A stretch of DNA of 64,000 nucleotides from a virus. The notes beneath the pieces are model-generated. The model saw only the letters and a program-made list of their open reading frames with translations, ran no database searches and was not told the DNA's origin. Positions within the stretch are counted from its first letter, which is position 1, and each line of letters begins with the position of its first letter. Location of the stretch: IMG/VR virus record IMGVR_UViG_3300033145_000788, positions 34,977 through 98,976 of that record. One strand, written 5' to 3'. Positions 18,539-27,958 of the stretch are shown in pieces. Made by a program: the position numbers and the translations under genes.

Positions 18539-18696
18539 TCCGGTACATAGAGAAGGAAACAATTGGTATTTTTGGGATGAGATACGGTTTAATAGATTTG
18601 GGCCATATGACACAGAAGAAGAGTGTCAAATAGAGATGATTAAATATGTCGCCCATTTAGATTTTGGAGATGAAGAAAAAGAAAGGAGACGAAAAA

Positions 18697-19014
18697 ATGA
18701 AGTTTAAATTTATTATCGTAATAATCATATTGGCCGTATGTCTGGTGGGGTGTAGTTGGCCTGGGACATACTATTCTAAAATTGAACAAAATGTGAGCGT
18801 TGATTCGATAAAAGACGACACTTACCTTGTTTGTACATACGTATGGATTTATAATTGGTTTGCAATTTCAGAAACCATTGAAAAGTCATTTTATAAATAT
18901 GATGTTGCTTGTGAGGACATCCCGGCAGAGAAAACAAGACAGATGGCACAGGCCTTGATAGTAAAAGCACAGGTGGACCCGAAGCTAAAAATCTGGAAGA
19001 AGTGTAAATATTAA
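18697..19014 (+). CDS. Lipoprotein, paralog 1
   Basis: MKFK + hydrophobic stretch + LVGC lipobox; similar to 20984-21313. Confidence 0.65.
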   Translation: MKFKFIIVIIILAVCLVGCSWPGTYYSKIEQNVSVDSIKDDTYLVCTYVWIYNWFAISETIEKSFYKYDVACEDIPAEKTRQMAQALIVKAQVDPKLKIWKKCKY

Positions 19015-19017
19015 GCA

Positions 19018-19299
19018 ATGTCAGATAAGTTAATCGGTTGGCAGGAGATAGCGGACTTTATTGAGAAGAGCATCCCGACCACCATGAAGCTGGCCCGGGA
19101 GCTGAAGGCCCCGATAACCATGATGGCCGGGACCCCGTTTTCCACGACGGGGAAATTAGGGAGGTGGAAGTCGGTGAACAAGAAGAAGCTATACGGGCCG
19201 AAGAAATTGACCGAGGAACATAAGCTCAGGATTGGCCGTGGTGTCATGAAGCGGGCTTGGGCCAAGGAGGAAAGGAAGAAATGGAAGGAGGAGGATTAA
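19018..19299 (+). CDS. Excisionase/HTH-like protein
   Basis: LIGWQEIADFIEKSIPT motif; basic C-terminus. Confidence 0.5.
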   Translation: MSDKLIGWQEIADFIEKSIPTTMKLARELKAPITMMAGTPFSTTGKLGRWKSVNKKKLYGPKKLTEEHKLRIGRGVMKRAWAKEERKKWKEED

Positions 19300-19301
19300 A
19301 T

Positions 19302-19643
19302 GACTGAAATCACCCTTGAGATAACGCAATTTAGGACGAAATGCTTAATCTTAGGAAGAAACACCTAAAGGGGGAATGAGATGGCTATTGAAATAAAATT
19401 AAAGCCGTGTCCGTTCTGTGGACATAAAACACCTGATTTAAAATTTAGAGCGGTAGGATATTCATCAACGGGATATGAGGTTTTTGTTCTTTGTTCACTT
19501 TGCAGGACTAAAGGACCCTCTGCCCAAAATGAAGAATGGGCCATTGAAAAATGGAATGAGAGGGTTAAAGATGTCTGACGACCAAAAACTCAAAGCTGAA
19601 AATAGACGCCTCAAGACTGAAATCACCCTTGAGATAACGCAAT
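19302..19643 (+). repeat. 29-bp direct repeat (19302-19330 and 19615-19643) flanking the Lar gene
   Basis: GACTGAAATCACCCTTGAGATAACGCAAT occurs twice. Confidence 0.9.
19381..19578 (+). CDS. Lar family restriction alleviation protein
   Basis: LKPCPFCG...CSLCRTKGP...AIEKWNER. Confidence 0.8.
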   Translation: MAIEIKLKPCPFCGHKTPDLKFRAVGYSSTGYEVFVLCSLCRTKGPSAQNEEWAIEKWNERVKDV

Positions 19644-20137
19644 ATTGTCCTTGGGAGTGTATCTATTGTTCCTCTAATGCAGGGCCGGACGGGGAACACT
19701 TATCCTTTGAACAAATTGAAAAATTTCTTGATGATAACGTAAAGTGGCCTCCGGCCAGGGTAATTAACATCAGTGGCGGTGAACCCCTGGCTCATCCCGA
19801 TTTTTGGAAAATCCTGCAATTAGCACAAGCAAGGGCTCGTTATGTGTGGGTTTATACTAACGCCCTAACCCACATCAGGTTCAATGCCGACATCATTGAC
19901 GGGATAGAGTGCCATGCGAATGTCATCTTGCGACCGGGTTCCCAAATTCCTATCAAGGCAGACGAAGTACATCTTCTAAAACTGGTTCCCCAGGGCCGAG
20001 CCAAGAATCTACCTCAGATGAAATTTCATGTTTCGGGAAACCTGACCGGAAGCTGTGATGACTGTGACCATATTCTCTTGCAGGCGGACGGCAAAGTGGT
20101 CAAAGGTCCATGTAGAAAGGAATATGAGGAGGATTAG
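19571..20137 (+). CDS. Short radical SAM protein
   Basis: EITQYCPWECIYC, ISGGEP, YTN. Confidence 0.85.
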   Translation: MSDDQKLKAENRRLKTEITLEITQYCPWECIYCSSNAGPDGEHLSFEQIEKFLDDNVKWPPARVINISGGEPLAHPDFWKILQLAQARARYVWVYTNALTHIRFNADIIDGIECHANVILRPGSQIPIKADEVHLLKLVPQGRAKNLPQMKFHVSGNLTGSCDDCDHILLQADGKVVKGPCRKEYEED

Positions 20138-20323
20138 ATGCCGGATTTAGAGCGAATAAAACACATCTTCAAGTTTATGGAGTATGATGCCATTACCGAG
20201 AGACAACATGCCCTCATTATCTCGTTCGAGGAACAGTTTGAGAGGCGGGGAGATCTGTCTGAACGTCAGATGGGAATCCTTGAAGATATCTTCAGGAGGG
20301 CGGCTGAGAATCGGGAGTACTAA
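20138..20323 (+). CDS. Hypothetical protein
   Basis: LSERQ..ILEDI motif; RBS GAGGA. Confidence 0.5.
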   Translation: MPDLERIKHIFKFMEYDAITERQHALIISFEEQFERRGDLSERQMGILEDIFRRAAENREY

Positions 20324-20338
20324 GGGGCGAGGTTAAAA

Positions 20339-20734
20339 ATGTATTTTGACGGGACAGAGGAAATTCCAAAGGAAATACTAAAGGAAGTAATAATGAAAGA
20401 GCAATACTTCAAGCCTGGTGATAAGTTTATTGCGATAGTAAAAGGAAAGCATGACAAGCAGGGATTCCCGATAGAGAAGGCGATTCTCCTGTATCTTGGC
20501 GCCCGGTGGCTGCATTCTGCGGGATTCAGTGATGCGGATAACGGAACCTGGGTGAATCGGGAAGGGAAAGGAGATATGGATGTACCGGATGCATATAATG
20601 TTTCTCTGTCTATGATCAGGGAGTGGGATGACAGGATATTCCCGGTGCCGGAGGAAATAAACAAGAGGGTTGAAAAAGAAAGGATAGAGACGGAAAGGCA
20701 ATGGAAGAAACTGATGTGTGTATTGGACGAGTAA
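20339..20734 (+). CDS. Hypothetical protein
   Basis: ORF with GAGG RBS. Confidence 0.5.
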   Translation: MYFDGTEEIPKEILKEVIMKEQYFKPGDKFIAIVKGKHDKQGFPIEKAILLYLGARWLHSAGFSDADNGTWVNREGKGDMDVPDAYNVSLSMIREWDDRIFPVPEEINKRVEKERIETERQWKKLMCVLDE

Positions 20735-20983
20735 GACAAGAGGGGATAAAATCAAAAGACGGAAGGAGAAAGAAAATGGACACGAAAGAATTATTGAGTT
20801 TAAGGAAGGTATTGAAAGAAGATGTGGGAGAGTATGGGGACGGCTATACGATCGTAAAACATGAGAAGCTGAGCGAAAGCGAGATGATCATATTGGACAC
20901 CCTGGTCGAGGCCCTGTTGATGCTTGATGAGAAAATAGAAGAGATAAGGAGATTTGCCAGATAATGGCAAAATAGGAGAAGAA

Positions 20984-21313
20984 ATGAGGTTTAAACTTAT
21001 TATCATTATGGCAATATTGGCTCTTTATGTGGCGGGATGCGGCTGGCCGGGGACATATCATTCTGTTATTGAACAGACGGTTATTGCCGAGTCAATAGCG
21101 GATGATAAATATTGTGTTGCAACGACGGTGCATATTTGCAATTGGACCGGACATTTGATGAGATGTGAATTCGGAACGATGGATTATGTTAATTGTGAAG
21201 ATGTTCCTACAACAAAAAAGGAGCAGATGGACAGGGCTCAAAAAGTGAAGGTAGAAATAGATTCACAATTGAAGACTTGGAGGGAACAGAAAATCCGATA
21301 TTATTTTTTTTGA
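20984..21313 (+). CDS. Lipoprotein, paralog 2
   Basis: MRFK + hydrophobic stretch + VAGC lipobox; WPGTY...IEQ...CED.P shared with 18697-19014. Confidence 0.65.
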   Translation: MRFKLIIIMAILALYVAGCGWPGTYHSVIEQTVIAESIADDKYCVATTVHICNWTGHLMRCEFGTMDYVNCEDVPTTKKEQMDRAQKVKVEIDSQLKTWREQKIRYYFF

Positions 21314-22140
21314 TTGGGAGAATATAGAAGGGAGAAAATAATGATACCCAAAACATTACATAGCAATAAAAAGCCTATTCCACCACTTGATAGACTTCTT
21401 CGAGAAAATGTGTATAGAATTTGTCCTAAATGCGGAAGCTCAATGGTAAGAACAAAATGGTTTTTCTTTGGCAAAAAGAAATGCATTCATCCGGAATGTG
21501 GATATGAGATGTAAAGGCTGTTCTATTAAGAAGGAGGCAGAAGATTAAAGGAAGGGTAGGAGATGAAAATACAGTTAAATCTAGATGATTTAAAAATATT
21601 GGCAAAAAGGGCAGCTGAGGCAGGAATCGAATCAAGGTGGATTGAGGTAGCCCTTGAATGGATGGAGGCTACCGACAGGCGCATAATAGAATTGGAAGAG
21701 GGATTAAGTAAGAAACCATTGGATAGAAATAATAGGAGATAAGAAGAAAGTATAAAGGAAGAGAAGCAAACATAAGATGAGGGAAACGGTAAAAAGGATA
21801 GATGGGGAATAGAAACCATCAAAATAAAAATTCCTAAAATATAAGATAAAACCAGATATCCCTATAAAAGTATAAGAGGGATGGTAGAAGTAAGATTTAT
21901 TATTTAATCCTTTTTATTTGTTTGGAAGTAGGTTATACTATATATAATTGTGATTTTAGTGTCCCCTGCCGCCCCTGGAAGGGGGCTTTGTAGAATTGGC
22001 AAGAAGGATACGCATGGATGACTGCCCGATTGGGACGGGGAAAATCCTGTATGGCCCGGGAGGAAGTTGAGTTCACTTGCCAATTCTACGGCCATTAATA
22101 AATTTAAAATGGAAAAATCATAAAACCCCCCATTAAAGGA

Positions 22141-22380
22141 ATGAAGCACGAACCCTACGGTCCCGACTATATGGTTGGAGCTTGGGTGGCTCTTTTGCGT
22201 TATCTTCTTGGTAAAGAACAGGCACGAAATGATTTTAAGGCCGAAACCGGCATTGATATTCAGAGCGTAGTCAATGCTAGGAGTTTAAATAAACTCATAG
22301 ATGAAGCAACCGGATTCACAAAGGATGCGGTAATTAAGTGGGCTGATTGGGTAACTGTGAACCATTGGGGAGAGTATTGA
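22141..22380 (+). CDS. Hypothetical protein
   Basis: 79-aa ORF with AAGGA RBS. Confidence 0.5.
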   Translation: MKHEPYGPDYMVGAWVALLRYLLGKEQARNDFKAETGIDIQSVVNARSLNKLIDEATGFTKDAVIKWADWVTVNHWGEY

Positions 22381-22581
22381 AGAAATAAACAATGCCTGAA
22401 GGAAGAAAGAGCGGTGGGGCCAAGAAGATAGGCCGGAACGGTCTGAAATAGGCTGGCCCTGGGGCGTGAACAGACTTATTTTTGGTTTAAGCCCTTAGCC
22501 TTATGCCTTTGTATAGGTTTAGACCCGGAATTGGTTTGGAAGGTGTTTTATCCCCCGGTAAAAGAAAAGCCGTTCCTTGAA

Positions 22582-22623
22582 AAAAAGTTTAAAAGCAGGC
22601 CGTCTTATTATATAATATAGGTA
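22582..22623 (+). promoter_or_regulatory. Phage promoter motif TTTAAA-N17-TATAAT, copy 2
   Basis: TTTAAA 22588-22593 and TATAAT 22611-22616; same context as 663-704. Confidence 0.7.
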
Positions 22624-22787
22624 AGGAAAGAATATTAGAAAGAGGAAGGGGAATGAAAGCGATGTTCAGGAAGGAGAGAAAGACCGTAGATCTTGTCAAG
22701 GAGAATGTCCATACGGTCTGGATGAAGGTCGGCGGGAGGATAATCAAGAGGCATAAAAGGAAGCACAATGTAAAGAAAGGAGAATAA

Positions 22788-23075
22788 ATGTTTGGTCTGA
22801 CACAGAAAGAAAAAGAGCCCCTTCATCCCAAAGTTAAACCGGGCAGTGAAGTGGCAATGACAAGCCTTCTGAGGACCGAGGTTCTTGGAGACAGGATAGA
22901 AGTTCTTGAAAGCAAGTTGGATCTGATGGAAGGCTGGTTCAATGATGTTGAGAAGGATTTGGCGGATTTGAGAAAGGATATGGTTTGTGTAGGATCGTTC
23001 CTTGAGGATTTAAAGGGGATATTTGAGGGTTTACGATTTATAGTTGGGAGGAGGACGAGTGATGGCTCCGAATGA
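22788..23075 (+). CDS. Hypothetical coiled-coil protein
   Basis: ORF with AAGGAG RBS. Confidence 0.5.
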   Translation: MFGLTQKEKEPLHPKVKPGSEVAMTSLLRTEVLGDRIEVLESKLDLMEGWFNDVEKDLADLRKDMVCVGSFLEDLKGIFEGLRFIVGRRTSDGSE

Positions 23076-23679
23076 ATATAGGATGTTAGATGCTAAAGTG
23101 GCCGACAAGGTGTTTGGTTACGGTTATATTCCATCTCATTATTCTACCCGGGCAAGATCTACCCTGGTTGTCTGGAACCATTTGGTAAAACAAGGATATG
23201 CCCCGGCCTTGATAACGGACGACATCACCGGGAAGTTTGCCATGGCCACCGAGGGGGGACAGTCGGTCCAAGTGGATAAGGAAGGCCCGGATTTATTCTG
23301 GTTTGTGGTCGAGAAGGGAGACTGGTACGACACGGTCGGCGAGGCTATATGCCAGTACGCTTTGAAGGTGATAGAGGAGTGATGTTCTGGGTGATATTCA
23401 TTGGGGTGGTAGTCGGGATTCCGGCGGCCCTGGTGGTTGCGATGCTGATAGCCCTGCACCGGATGAAGAAGGAGTGAGAGATGGACGGTGTTGAGATGAT
23501 TTTTTGGTCGGTATCCGGAGGCATTATTATATGGGCGGCAATTTTATTTGTCTTGGAGAGATTATGGCCCTAATTATAAGCATTTGCCAGTTGATGATTA
23601 TCTCTGGCTTGATCCTGATGGGGATAAGGTTTTCCCTGGGGCTTTTGGACAGATGATTAATAAAGGAAGAGATTAAATA

Positions 23680-23964
23680 ATGGCTAACTGGAAGAGGGTC
23701 GGATTGGGTATTTGGACAGATGAATTTCAGCGCATTAAGAGCGGTGAACAGAAGTTTGTGATTGAATGGGATGGGGATGAAAATATTAATATTGGGGATA
23801 TCCTTGTTTTGGAAGAGGATTCTTTCGAAGGAAATACGGGAGAAGTGCAGACTGCTGAGGTCACAAGCATTGAAAGAAGAAAATATATTGGCCTCACTGA
23901 AGGGTGGATATGCATGTCCATCCGCCCCATAGAAAACGATTTCAGGGGAGCGAGTAAATTCTGA
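23680..23964 (+). CDS. ASCH/DUF3850-like protein
   Basis: FQRIKSGEQKF...IGDILVLEE...TG...VT.I...GW.CMSI. Confidence 0.65.
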   Translation: MANWKRVGLGIWTDEFQRIKSGEQKFVIEWDGDENINIGDILVLEEDSFEGNTGEVQTAEVTSIERRKYIGLTEGWICMSIRPIENDFRGASKF

Positions 23965-24520
23965 TGGGAGATAAATACATAATACGATGGACACAGCACA
24001 ACTTGGAGGGATACGTCCGCCCCGAGAACGGGGAAGGTTGGGACACCTGGGCTGAGGCCCGGTCCCGGAAGAAAGTCCTGGAGCGGGAACACCTGGGGAG
24101 GGAATTCTTCATTGTGACGGTCGAGGAGAGTTTAAGGGACTTAAAATGATAAACACAATAAAATGGATTATTGAATGGAGAGAAATTTTAGCGGGCATAG
24201 TTGGAATGATATTGTTACTTATAGCCGGTGGGTGGATACTAGGTCTTTCATTGGCGGTAATAATATATGGGAGTTAAAAAAATGAGATACGTTGTAAAAT
24301 GGACGAAGGACGACAAGGTGGGATACCTATATCCCGATGACGATCCAGAGGGGTATGGTTCTTGGGTAGATGCCAATGTCGGAATGGCTGTTGCCGCAGC
24401 GAAAACCGGATACCACTTTGAGATTGTTTCGGCTGAGGAAGTACCGGCCGGTCTCCGGAGGCGGCGCGGGACAAAGATAATTGGCCGGGGGGTAAACAGG
24501 ATAGGATAGAAAGGGTAGAA

Positions 24521-24865
24521 ATGAAACTCCGAAAAGTTAAGAATAAAATCACAAAACTCTCGAAAAGGGCATCGAAATTAAATGTCAGGATGTCAAGAGA
24601 AGAAGTGTTTAATCTTCTTGGTTGGCCGACTTGGGTGGTGATGTCGGGGGATGAGGGGAAGTTGGCTCTTCCCGATCCGGGAATAGAGCTTGAACTTTAT
24701 TGGAAGAATCCCGGTTGGAGGCCTGTGGTTGTCCAGTTCGATGAGAGTTATGAAGTTACTGGCTGGGATGAAGGTCGGACCTACTGTGGGGATGACGTCC
24801 GTTTGTTTGAACCGTCGGATGAATATTTGTGTAGTAAAGTTGATCCAGCGGAATATTATGAATGA
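24521..24865 (+). CDS. Hypothetical protein (SmpA/BamE-like motif, no signal peptide)
   Basis: MSREEVFNLLGWP motif. Confidence 0.45.
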   Translation: MKLRKVKNKITKLSKRASKLNVRMSREEVFNLLGWPTWVVMSGDEGKLALPDPGIELELYWKNPGWRPVVVQFDESYEVTGWDEGRTYCGDDVRLFEPSDEYLCSKVDPAEYYE

Positions 24866-24877
24866 AAGGATAAACCA

Positions 24878-25237
24878 ATGACCCCCGGCAGAGCGATCCG
24901 TAAATACTGTATTAATTGTGTCAGCGGGGTTACCGAAGTAAAAGATTGCCGGGGTGACAAGTGCCTTGGCGGTTTGGGTGGCGAGAACGGAGTCTGCTAT
25001 CTGTTTCCTTATCGCATGGGCAAGGGTCGGCCAAGATTAAGAACGATCAAGCGGTTCTGCATAGAATGTCAGGGCGGCGATAAGGAGAGAAAGGTTCAAA
25101 AGAAGGAAATTTTGGATGGCGTCAGGGGATGCCTCTCTACCGATTGCTGGCTTTATCCGTTCCGTATAGGTAAGAACCCGAATATTAAGGACGGGAACCG
25201 GAGAGCGGCCCACTTCAAAAAGGTTAAAAAGGGATAG
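24878..25237 (+). CDS. Cys-rich protein with a duplicated Zn-binding repeat
   Basis: Two copies of I+.(Y/F)CI.C...V+.C...C.L(F/Y)P(Y/F)R.GK. Confidence 0.6.
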   Translation: MTPGRAIRKYCINCVSGVTEVKDCRGDKCLGGLGGENGVCYLFPYRMGKGRPRLRTIKRFCIECQGGDKERKVQKKEILDGVRGCLSTDCWLYPFRIGKNPNIKDGNRRAAHFKKVKKG

Positions 25238-25315
25238 TTATAGGGGGAAAAAGGGGCTTATTTTTGGTTTTAGCAACCGGGCCTAATAGAAAGGGTAAGG
25301 AAAGGGGAATTTTAA

Positions 25316-25765
25316 ATGCAAATGTCGGATTTACTGATTAAGAATGAGGATGATTACTTAAATGCTCTTGATCGGATTATGCATCTGACGGGAGCCAAGC
25401 CGGGATCAGATATGGCTACCGAGCTATCCCTTTGGAACATAGTGGTTGAGGCGTATGAGAATATGTATGTTCCCTCGGAGAAGGAAAGTAGGGAATGGGC
25501 AGTAGGAGAAGGAAGCCTTGGTCCTAAGGTAGATCTTAAAGATGTGAAAGGTTTAGTTAGGAATATTCAACGAACCCTTAATGATTCCGGCCATTTGCTG
25601 AAGGATTTTTCTTGGGAGGCACAAACTCATATAAAAGAAGCCCCCACTCGATTTGGGGAAATGCTTCGTTATCCCGCAGGGGTTTCTCATATCTACTTAA
25701 ATTTGTTCTTTAATCCTGACCAAAAAGAGTTTGAATTTTATATGAGGAGAGATAATGCCCGCTAA
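25316..25765 (+). CDS. Protein with HigA-antitoxin-like N-terminus
   Basis: IKNEDDYLNALDRIMHL...PGS...EL.LW..VVEAYEN; C-terminus lacks an obvious HTH. Confidence 0.5.
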   Translation: MQMSDLLIKNEDDYLNALDRIMHLTGAKPGSDMATELSLWNIVVEAYENMYVPSEKESREWAVGEGSLGPKVDLKDVKGLVRNIQRTLNDSGHLLKDFSWEAQTHIKEAPTRFGEMLRYPAGVSHIYLNLFFNPDQKEFEFYMRRDNAR

Positions 25766-26234
25766 AGATGTAGAGATACTCGGGGCCTTTGTCCGGGACA
25801 TCATAGTCAGGAAAGACCGAACTCCGAACCTCTTCATTTCGTTTGAGGAAGGGGAGGTGGTCTCCCTGAATATCACGTTCCGGGATGAGGAGATGGAGGT
25901 ATGGGCGGACAAGGCCGTTGAAGGATGTGTGACCCCCGATGATTTTAACAAAAACTTTCAATGGTTGCGTGAGAATTCTGTTGATTACGCAGGTTTGTGG
26001 GTGGCGCTCAAGGACGGGGTTTTACTTGGGAACGATGAAAGTCGGGCTAGATTACGTTCGGCTTTGGCGGGTATGCTCAAGGATGTTTTGTTTTTTAAGG
26101 TTGAAGATGGTGGGAGCTATGAATATAAATGCCTTCATCCTAATGCCCGGAGGACCCTTGAAATTGGCAGCCGCAAGTTCTGGCGTTGCCCGGATTGCGG
26201 TGCGGAAGGAGAGGAGAAATGCCCTTCCATATAA
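25755..26234 (+). CDS. Hypothetical protein (DUF5678-like motif, C-terminal Zn ribbon)
   Basis: WLRENSVDYAGLWVALKDG; CLH...CPDC. Confidence 0.45.
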   Translation: MPAKDVEILGAFVRDIIVRKDRTPNLFISFEEGEVVSLNITFRDEEMEVWADKAVEGCVTPDDFNKNFQWLRENSVDYAGLWVALKDGVLLGNDESRARLRSALAGMLKDVLFFKVEDGGSYEYKCLHPNARRTLEIGSRKFWRCPDCGAEGEEKCPSI

Positions 26235-26682
26235 TGGTTCTGGATAAAAGAACAACCGATTCGACTCCGTATGTTTCTACAAGAGGAATGACCCCGCATT
26301 GGAAAGATAAGGAAGAAGCCCAGAGGACGGCGGACCTTTTGAACGGGTGGAACGTTGGGTTGTACCGGGAGATATATTATTGGGTGAAGGAGATAGAATG
26401 CTAACGAAGAACTTCAAGCTGGATAGGAAGAAAGGTCATGATTGGGAAATGATTCTGGCCGTAGATCTGTCGAACGACGTTAAGCTGATGGCTGAGGCGG
26501 GATACGTCAAGGAGATAGAAATTATTGCCGACGAATTCACCGCATTGATTCTTAAGGAGTTTGGCCTGGAAGCAGGTCGATATGCAAGGACGGAAGACGT
26601 GAAGAGGGCAAATGAGATCTTGGTCAGGGAGAAGGGCAGGTAGCAAATTGATATCATTGAAGAAAAAAAAAGAAAAAAAAGG

Positions 26683-26710
26683 TTGACTCCTATGAAAAAA
26701 AGGTTATAAT
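26683..26710 (+). promoter_or_regulatory. Sigma70-type promoter upstream of the packaging module
   Basis: TTGACT-N16-TATAAT preceded by A-tracts (UP-element-like). Confidence 0.6.
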
Positions 26711-26741
26711 AGGGCTAAATATATGAGAAAAGGAGAAGATC

Positions 26742-26885
26742 ATGTATCTGGTTTCCAAGTGTTGCGTGGGCATCGAGTGTCGGTATCGTGGCAACGGAAC
26801 GTTCAAGAAGATTAACAAAAGATTGGGTTTGAAGGAAGATTTCCTGGCCGCTGAGAGTATTGCATCCGCCGACGGGCATGTTTGA
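26742..26885 (+). pseudogene. Truncated DUF523-like N-terminal fragment
   Basis: MYLVSKCCVGIECRYRG resembles the DUF523 VSACL.G..CRYDG motif but ends after 47 aa, before the CPE motif. Confidence 0.45.
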
Positions 26886-27387
26886 TCTCTTTTTGGAGAA
26901 GGGGAAATGGCCGGATTTCTATCGCCCCTATTGCCGGGAGATGTTGAGAGGCGTCCTGACGGATTATTATAGAGAACAGGATTTAAACGGAATCGTCGTA
27001 TTGAGGGGGGAGCGGGCGGAGGAGAAGTCGAACCAGAGCAAAAGAAGAAACGTTAGATTTATAAAAAGGGATGGGGTGACGTATTTTGCTCCGATCTATT
27101 TTAGCAAGAAAGATGCGGGGGAGAAGATAATAGCCGAGAACGGTCTCCCCGTATGGGAGGGATATGAAAGGGGATTAAAGAGAACGGCATGTAGGATATG
27201 CCCCGGACAAAGGACGGTGGCGTACGCGGTAATAAGAAAGGATTTCCCCGATATATGGGAAGAGTTAACTTGGTTGGAAAAGAGGTTGGGATTGGGGGTA
27301 TGGAGAGAGATTAACGGTGTTCGGGGTTCTTTTAAAGAGATGGCAGATAAGGGGGATATAAATTTATCTAAGAAACCAATGCGTTAA
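26860..27387 (+). pseudogene. PAPS-reductase family C-terminal fragment
   Basis: G.WP....YC, RGERAEE.S, API, Y.RGLKRTACRICP; no N-terminal SGGKDS PP-loop; no clear RBS. Confidence 0.6.
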
Positions 27388-27430
27388 ATGGGACTTATGG
27401 GATATTGTGAGGTTTTGATAGGAGGTAAAA

Positions 27431-27958
27431 ATGAAAAAAAAGACTCTTGCGCGGCCCGGCCATGCCAAAGCTGACTACCAGTTAAAACAGAGGCGGCTCC
27501 TGGTCTCGGCGTTGAGGTTGCGGGGCTTATCTCATCAGGAGATAGCGGATAAGTTAGCCGAGCAGGGGATTTATTCCCCGTGTCGTCTTAAGAAGGAAGA
27601 ACCCTTGAGCGTGACGACAATCTCGCACGACTTGAAAATCATAGCAAGGGAATGGCGCGCCGAGATGATCGAGAATATGGATGCGTTAAAGGCAAGGAAG
27701 CTGGCCGAGTTCCGAGAGGTGAAGAAAGCCGCTTGGTCAGGGAAGAATTATATGTCTATTCTCAGGGCGCTTGAGAATGAATGTAAGATATTGGGCCTTT
27801 ATGACAAGGATAACAGGATTAAGGTTGACGTGTCTCTAAGGGAGGTTATAGAGGCGCTTCCCGAAGAGCTGAGGACTACCGTGGAGATGGGCTTGATGGA
27901 GGCGGTGACAGCGAAGGCGGATGGAAGCGGCAAAAAAGCAGATATCAGATATCATTGA
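27431..27958 (+). CDS. Terminase small subunit (HTH)
   Basis: LRLRGLSHQEIADKL HTH; directly upstream of TerL; RBS GGAGG. Confidence 0.65.
   Translation: MKKKTLARPGHAKADYQLKQRRLLVSALRLRGLSHQEIADKLAEQGIYSPCRLKKEEPLSVTTISHDLKIIAREWRAEMIENMDALKARKLAEFREVKKAAWSGKNYMSILRALENECKILGLYDKDNRIKVDVSLREVIEALPEELRTTVEMGLMEAVTAKADGSGKKADIRYH

Noticed and set aside
21740-22560. Gene-poor AT-rich stretch as an origin or genome terminus
   Set aside because: No iterons or terminal repeats could be identified.
22475-25274. Repeated CTTATTTTTGGTTT(A/T)AGC near 22475 and 25257
   Set aside because: Two short low-complexity copies; no function can be supported.
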